From positions 576,001-640,000 of the forward strand of contig CBDDTI010000746.1 of the NCBI GenBank assembly GCA_965233585.1: 64,000 nucleotides of DNA, written 5' to 3'. Below, one piece after another: positions 58,295 through 64,000 of this stretch. The notes below the pieces were generated by a model. It ran no database searches. It was not told the DNA's origin and saw only the letters and a list, made by a program, of their open reading frames with translations. Position 1 is the first letter of the stretch; each line of letters begins with the position of its first letter. A program made the translations under genes and the position numbers. The stretch is from a bacterium (GTDB taxonomy: Bacteria > SAR324 > NAC60-12).

Positions 58295-61200
58295 ATGAAT
58301 CTTTTAAAAAGATTTGCACAAATTGCTGCGATTGGACTTGCTGGAGGTTTGATTGCCGCATGTAGTAGTGACAGCTCGTCAAGCAGTAGCAGCAGTGACG
58401 ACGACAAAGCCAGCACCCCAGCTACCACAACCGGAGGAGGCGGAAGCACTTCAAAAGGAGGCAGTGACGCCTTCCCAAGAGTCTCCTTTGCCCCAGGTTC
58501 CACTGATGCCAACAACAAATGTAACGGCTTTGGTGGAATCAAAGCAGAAATAGAAGGCTCTAGTCCCCAAGCCTTTGAATACTTCTGTGATTATGACTTC
58601 CAACATAACTTCACTAAAAACCTAAATGGTGGTGGCGACGATTCCCCACTGGAACCTGAAAACATCAATGCCACGTCTGACAAAATCTTCTTCAACTACA
58701 ATGATGAAGGAAAAAACCAAGTCGGGCTTGTTCAAGATGGTGATGCCAACAGCGCCATTGATTTTGATGACCTTAGCGATGGCACAGTCGCTGGTTTTTA
58801 CAGAACAACCGCCAGCTCCGATGATGATAAAAGGCTCTATATCAGGGTTGACGTTGATGGTGCAGGTGCAGAAACAGTAGAAAGTCTTTACTACATTGAT
58901 GAGTCAGTTTCTCCTAGAAAAGCTGTCCCTGTTAGCGACGTTCCTCACATTCAGGCTGCTAATAATAAAGTCTTTGTAGCAGATTCAGGGGTATTTGTTG
59001 TGCAAGCTGATGGAGGTGTTTATTCAGTGGGTGGAACAGATGGAGTCACAGTCACCACTCATACCTACGCTGCTATTACTGGGCTTGACACAGGAGATAT
59101 TGCAGTAGGTGCGGGAACAACAGACCTTGCAAAAGTTCAAGGTGATACTTTGTATCTGCCACTGGACAATGCAGGTGGTGCTGCAACTGCTCTAGACGCA
59201 GATTCTCTCGGCATTTTTACTCATGGAACAGCCGCAGTTGCAACAAGCAGTGATATCAACACAGCATGGGCTGGCGATGAAAATAAAGCCTTGTTTGTCG
59301 CAGACTCAGGAATCTTTGTTGTTTCTACTGATGACGATGTTTACTCATTAGACGGAGCAACATTGACCACTCATACCTATGGCGATATAGGCAGCCTTGC
59401 CTCAGCAGATGTTGCAGTGGGTGCAGGAACAACAGGACTTGCAAAGGTGAAAGGCGATACCTTGTATCTTCCACTAGACGACGCAGGTGGTGCTGCAACT
59501 GCTCTAGACGCAGATTCTCTCGGTGCTTTCAAACATGGAACAGCAGCAGCGGAAGATGTTGCAGATATTACTACTGCATGGGATGGAACTGAAGCCAAAG
59601 CCTTGTTTGTAGCAGGTTCAGGAATCTTTGTTGTTTCTACTGATGACCAAGTTTATTCGGTTGCAGTGAGTGACTCAAATGTTGCCACAGTGACCACTCA
59701 TACCTACGCTGCTATTACTGGGCTTGGCTCTGCAGATATTGCAGTAGGGGCAGGGACAACGGGGCTTGCAAAGGTGCAGGATGACACTTTGTATCTTCCA
59801 TTAGACAATGCAAATGGTGCTGCAACTGCTCAAGATGCGGATTCTCTCGGTATTTTCGCTCATGGAACAGCAGCAGTTGCAACAAGTAGTATCAATACTG
59901 CGTGGGGTGGAGACGAAGATAAAGCCTTATTTGTAGCAGGTTCAGGAATCTTTGTTGTTTCTACTGATGATAATGTCTATTCAGTGGCAGTGGACGACTC
60001 AAATGTTCCAACAGTAACCACCCATACCTACGTTGCTATTACTGGGCTTGGCTCTGCAGATATTGCAGTAGGGGCAGGAACAACAGGGCTTGCAAAGGTG
60101 AAAGGTGATACTTTGTATCTTCCACTAGACAACGCAGGTGGTGCTGCAACTACCCAAGATGCAGACTCACTCGGCATTTTCACTCATGGAACAGCAGCAG
60201 TTGCTACAAACGCCGCTGTCAATACAGCATGGGCTGGAGATGAAGATAAAGACGTTCTCGTTACAGAAAATGGTGTCTTTGTTGTTTCTGATGAGGATGG
60301 CATTTATTACTTCAGACCTGGAAGTTCAGGAGCAAACGTCACAGGCATCATTGATGCGGCAGATGTTGATAAGGATAATTTCAAAGTGGCAAAGGCAGCC
60401 AAAGGAGCATTAAGCAACTACGCTTTTCACGAAAGTGCAATGATTCTTGGGACTAACCCTGCAGTTGCTTTGAATGAAATCGCCATCTCTGCTGACCAAT
60501 TTGTTCAAACCACCAACGGCAACACTTACTTCACAATCAATGGAAACTTTGACACAGGTCTTTATGCTCATGGAGTGACTGACACAATAGGCATCAGACC
60601 AGCAGTCACAGGCTCTGCAATCAATGCAACCGCAGTCGCTGCCAACGGCAATGATGTTTACTTCTCCACAGCAGATAACTTGTTCAGTTTCAGTGCAATC
60701 GCAACGACTCATGGTGGTTCCGTAACTGACGTCAGCGTCATCTCTGCTCCAACAACGACAACAAGTTCTGCTGTTGATAAAAACAAAAACCTTGAAAAAT
60801 TGGTCTTTGTAGAAGACCAGCTTTATGCACTCAAGAGCAATAAGGTTTACGCATTGAATGACACAGGTGAACTGGATGAAGTACAAACTGATGACGAAAC
60901 TCCAGCAAGTATCTCTGTCAATTCTATCCATCAAGTTGGAGACCAGTTGATTGCAGTGGGGTCAAGTAACGTGTATTCCATTTCTGGCGACGACCCAGCC
61001 GCAACAGAAATTGAAAACACGACTGGAGACACTCCAGCCTCTCTCACTGGCGCAAAATGGGTCGCTGTTGCAGGAGATGTGTTGTTTTTCAATACTGGCG
61101 ATAACAATCTCTGGTTAACTCAAGGTGATTCAGACTCTACCAAACCAGTGAGGAGAAATGGCAATAACGTGACGTGGAATTTAACTGCACAAGATAACAA

Positions 61201-61567
61201 AGCAGTCCAGTCTGGCGATGACTACTACACTCTTTGGAATGGCTTCTTGTATTGGGTGAACGAAAGCACAGGAGTTGCTGTAAGAGCCTCTACAACGAAT
61301 AGGGAGCTTGGCACAGAATCTGTTCAAGGACTCATAGCACTCAAAGTAGGTGATGCCGATGCGATTGCTATCACGACCAGATCAGGTGCTGTTAAAGTCT
61401 TGGTTGGTTGGAAAGGCAAACCAAACAATAAGTTTGTCAATGTGAATACTGGTGGAACTTGGAACACTGCCAAGCCATACTTTGTTGGTGATAGACTTTA
61501 CTTCACAGGCAAAAATGGTCTAGGCATTGAATGGTATTACTTGCAAAAAACGATACCATCTAATTAG
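58295..61567 (+). CDS. Large acidic surface lipoprotein with four ~106-aa tandem repeats and beta-propeller-like (ELWxxDGT-like) flanks
   Basis: GAGGA RBS; lipobox LIAA-C; Ser/Thr/Gly linker; NLWLTQGDSDSTKPV and GDRLYFTG motifs. Confidence 0.85.
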   Translation: MNLLKRFAQIAAIGLAGGLIAACSSDSSSSSSSSDDDKASTPATTTGGGGSTSKGGSDAFPRVSFAPGSTDANNKCNGFGGIKAEIEGSSPQAFEYFCDYDFQHNFTKNLNGGGDDSPLEPENINATSDKIFFNYNDEGKNQVGLVQDGDANSAIDFDDLSDGTVAGFYRTTASSDDDKRLYIRVDVDGAGAETVESLYYIDESVSPRKAVPVSDVPHIQAANNKVFVADSGVFVVQADGGVYSVGGTDGVTVTTHTYAAITGLDTGDIAVGAGTTDLAKVQGDTLYLPLDNAGGAATALDADSLGIFTHGTAAVATSSDINTAWAGDENKALFVADSGIFVVSTDDDVYSLDGATLTTHTYGDIGSLASADVAVGAGTTGLAKVKGDTLYLPLDDAGGAATALDADSLGAFKHGTAAAEDVADITTAWDGTEAKALFVAGSGIFVVSTDDQVYSVAVSDSNVATVTTHTYAAITGLGSADIAVGAGTTGLAKVQDDTLYLPLDNANGAATAQDADSLGIFAHGTAAVATSSINTAWGGDEDKALFVAGSGIFVVSTDDNVYSVAVDDSNVPTVTTHTYVAITGLGSADIAVGAGTTGLAKVKGDTLYLPLDNAGGAATTQDADSLGIFTHGTAAVATNAAVNTAWAGDEDKDVLVTENGVFVVSDEDGIYYFRPGSSGANVTGIIDAADVDKDNFKVAKAAKGALSNYAFHESAMILGTNPAVALNEIAISADQFVQTTNGNTYFTINGNFDTGLYAHGVTDTIGIRPAVTGSAINATAVAANGNDVYFSTADNLFSFSAIATTHGGSVTDVSVISAPTTTTSSAVDKNKNLEKLVFVEDQLYALKSNKVYALNDTGELDEVQTDDETPASISVNSIHQVGDQLIAVGSSNVYSISGDDPAATEIENTTGDTPASLTGAKWVAVAGDVLFFNTGDNNLWLTQGDSDSTKPVRRNGNNVTWNLTAQDNKAVQSGDDYYTLWNGFLYWVNESTGVAVRASTTNRELGTESVQGLIALKVGDADAIAITTRSGAVKVLVGWKGKPNNKFVNVNTGGTWNTAKPYFVGDRLYFTGKNGLGIEWYYLQKTIPSN
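58963..60300 (+). repeat. Four tandem 312-327 bp coding repeats plus the start of a fifth
   Basis: Units start at about 58963, 59282, 59593, 59917 and 60244. Confidence 0.9.
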
Positions 61568-61684
61568 TCGTTGACCCTTCTTTTTTAACCTTTTTTACGA
61601 CCTTCTTTTGTCTTTCTCTCACAGCGGAGGAAGGCAACCCGAGAAGGTTGCAACCTTCTTTCACGTCATTGTCGACGTGTCTAA

Positions 61685-61880
61685 GTCATTGCGGGACCTG
61701 ACCCGCAATCTCCCTCGTCTTCTTCCCAACAACGCCTTTTTTTGAGATTCCGCATCAAGTGCGGAATGACTGAGAGGTTTTGTAGGCGTGTCTTTCCGTC
61801 ATTGCTTACCTTGCCCCGCAATCTCCCTTGTCTTTTTCTCAACAACTCCTTTTTTTGAGATTCCGTGTTCCCCCGTCATT
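61685..61880. repeat. REP-like palindrome cluster, left of the IS
   Basis: Copies at 61685-61712, 61744-61770 (rc), 61798-61825 and a partial copy from 61857. Confidence 0.88.
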
Positions 61881-62652
61881 GGCAGTGTTCACTTGATATT
61901 GGCATGATATTTTTCAAACCTTTTATAGTCAAAGAAGAGTTGTAGAGAGTGTTCCAGCATGTCCAAAGTTTTAGAATGTCGTTTAGATTTTCTCATCAAG
62001 CGAGCTAGGTTATCTCTGATGGAAGAATTAGAAGATTCAATGAGATGAGTCTTTTTTTGCCTATTTCGTGGTTCTCTGGAATTTGTCATTGAGCAAATGC
62101 CACTTGATAGCATGAGTTGGCATCGGTATAGATCGTCTTCATTCTAGGTCGCTGTTCTTTGACTAGTGCATACAGCTTTCGCACAGCTACTAATCCTTTG
62201 CCTATCACAAAGGCAATCACACATTGTTCTTGACGAGAATAGGCTGTCCAAACAGCTACTCTTTGGCTTTTTTTTGAACAAAAGTGTAGATCTCATCCAT
62301 CTCTATACTATCTACTTGTACATGGAAACTTGGTGCGTCTTTTGGAAGTTGAGACACTCTAGCTTTTTTGATCCAGTTGACAATTGAAGCGGGAGACACC
62401 TGCAAAAAACGAGCGATCTTTCTGATGCCTACACTATTGACATACATCTCTAAGGCTTGACGCTTTGTCTCTAGTGGGATTCTCAAACCATTTGAGGTGA
62501 ATGCTCTCTGACATGACTTGCAACGATACCTCTGAACCCCTTTGTAACTTCCATTCTTGATATAAGTCTGACTCCCACAATGATGACAACTTCTCATTTC
62601 CATTCCTCAAATTCACTCTCACATGCAATGACAATACCAACTAAACACTGCC
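61881..62652 (-). mobile_element. IS1-family insertion sequence, 772 bp, probably inactive
   Basis: Terminal IRs GGCAGTGTTCACTTGATATTGGCAT / GGCAGTGTTTAGTTGGTATTGTCAT; 8-bp target duplication CCGTCATT (61873-61880, 62653-62660); InsA-like zinc finger plus HTH and InsB-like DDE segments. Confidence 0.92.
61889..62603 (-). pseudogene. IS1 transposase (InsA-InsB) with programmed -1 frameshift site plus disabling lesions
   Basis: CHHC...QRYRCKSC and EMDEIYTFVQKK; A8G slip at 62268-62275; -1 frame reads RVAVWTAY...IYTDANSCY; in-frame TGA at 62086-62088; a second frameshift precedes THLIESSNSSIRDNLARL. Confidence 0.85.
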
Positions 62653-62654
62653 CC

Positions 62655-62866
62655 GTCATTGCGGGACCTGACCCGCAATCTCTCTTGTTTTCTATCCGCG
62701 TCATCGCTCACCTTGAAAACCGTCATTGCTCACCTTGTCCGCCATCTCATCCTTCTTAAAACACATGACAAACTTGGGTTTGTCCCTACGTTGTGACCTG
62801 ATGGCTTGCCTTTTCGTCATGGTTTACTTTAAAAACCGTCATTGCTCAACTTGATTCCACAATCTG
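62655..62866 (+). repeat. REP-like palindrome cluster, right of the IS
   Basis: 62655-62682 is identical to 61685-61712; degenerate copies at about 62700-62748 and 62838-62866. Confidence 0.85.
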
Positions 62867-62904
62867 TCTTCTTTCTACTTCCTCCCATTCCCAAACGCAT
62901 TCTT

Positions 62905-63105
62905 TCTTCAAAACAGCCAAAAAATTCCTTAAAAACCAAAAAAATTTCCTCAAATCCTGAGTCTTAACTTGTTTTTTTTTTGTACGTGCATAATGCCCGT
63001 TTTGGTTTTTCGCAAAACTCTTATCTTGAAAACAAATGAAGGTTTCATTTCAAGAGGAGAGTTTTTCTATGACAGTATCCTTTGTGTGGAGTGTTGTTTT
63101 TTTGT
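62905..63105 (+). promoter_or_regulatory. Second copy of the promoter/leader block found at 9441-9645, here with a T10 tract
   Basis: TTGTTT (62969)-14 nt-CATAAT (62989); stem 63014-63065; hairpin 63072-63097 plus T7. Confidence 0.65.
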
Positions 63106-63145
63106 TGGTTTTTAATTTTTCTTCATCTTGTTCAATTTTGTTTAA

Positions 63146-64000
63146 GCAGAAAAAGAAACACAAGCACAAGGGGGTCAATGTTTGCAGATTCCCAAAACAC
63201 AGACGCAAGGCACAGGCAACCTTGCCATCTTCAACTCACTAGATGAAGATGTGCTGCTGTCGTATTCCAGCAGTCTGAATGCTGATGATGTGATGGCTGT
63301 CATTGGTGGCAAGCAAAATGGCGTGAAGGTGGACATTTCAAAACGCACCTCTTCCACGGTCATGGTGTTTGGATTCAAAATGCCAGCAGTCAAGGACTAT
63401 CTGAAAGCAGATTGCGATGAGACCAAGATGCCAACAGCGTTTGTGCAAAGTGAGTTCATTCCAACAGCCGAATCTAGTTTTGTGCTGGAAGCCAGCGAGG
63501 TGAAACAAGACTACGGGACATTGCTGATATTCAACAAACGTTCTGGACTGGTGTCTATTTTTCAAGGCAGTTCAAGGAACAAGCAAATCGGAGTGGTTCA
63601 GGCTGGTCAGTCTAACTATCGGATTCAAATCCCCATCGGCTACAAACAACTCGTGTTTTACCTACACAACCCATCAGGAGGCATTGACTTTACAAAACCT
63701 GTCTTTTCCAAAAATCTGGTCTTTAACAAAGGAGACACTAAACTGGTATTCATTCCCAACAAGACCATTTTCAATGGTGCGAAGATCAAGTTTCTCAATG
63801 CCTCTGCCCAAGATGTGATGCTGATGGTGAGAAAGAGTGATAGCCCGTTGTCTAATATAGAGTGCAGTTGTGAGGTCGTTGGCAAACAATCGGATAAACC
63901 TGTGATGATTCTGGTGCAAGACAAGTATTATGCTGATGACTTCTTCTTTTCTGTCATCAATGCAGAGACAGGTGAGACCTTGACAGAGAGTCAACCCTTT
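63146..64000 (+). CDS. Paralog of the N-terminal region of the 5721-9419 lipoprotein; open to the window end, no in-frame signal peptide (possibly 5'-truncated)
   Basis: Manual translation QCLQIPKTQTQGTGNLAIFNSLDEDVLLSYSSSLNADDV... aligns with VCLEIPKALTQGTGNLAIFNSLNTDVLLSYSSNLNTDDV...; in-frame TAA at 63143-63145. Confidence 0.8.

Noticed and set aside
62086..62088. TGA recoding (alternative genetic code or selenocysteine) in the transposase
   Set aside because: TGA ends normal genes here (dctP, dxs, recJ), and a second frameshift nearby indicates decay.
1..64000. tRNA, rRNA, prophage or integrase
   Set aside because: No cloverleaf or T-loop motifs seen in intergenic regions by eye, and no phage or recombinase ORFs; tRNAscan-SE would be the decisive check.

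Overview
AT-rich (roughly 40% GC by eye) Gram-negative bacterial chromosome segment. It looks deltaproteobacterial/SAR324-like and possibly host-associated, but that is inference only. The housekeeping backbone is heavily shuffled: ABC-F, batD, wcaJ-like, dksA-like, fliR, guaA, speB, dctPQM, motAB, tatD, rmlC, tig-clpP-clpX, U32 peptidase, a divergent ftsZ, fliM, recJ, sthA, envC-like, dnaG, dxs, pepN. Accessory loci interrupt it: giant repeat-containing surface lipoproteins (Fn3 and Kelch; a novel ~106-aa repeat), an Rpn nuclease, a PIN toxin-antitoxin pair and a degenerate IS1-family element. Most of these loci lie beside clusters of a 27-28 bp GTCATT...AATCTC palindromic (REP-like) repeat. 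The most striking unexplained signal is a set of structured 5' leader RNAs ahead of the large surface-protein genes. One is a tandem pair at 58084-58268 whose differences are base-pair compensatory. The other is a leader shared by two paralogous genes (9441-9645 minus, 62905-63105 plus), with a variable poly-T promoter spacer. All four units read long hairpin, then ATGAC, then a terminator-like hairpin and U-rich tail. No rRNA, tRNA or CRISPR array was seen.
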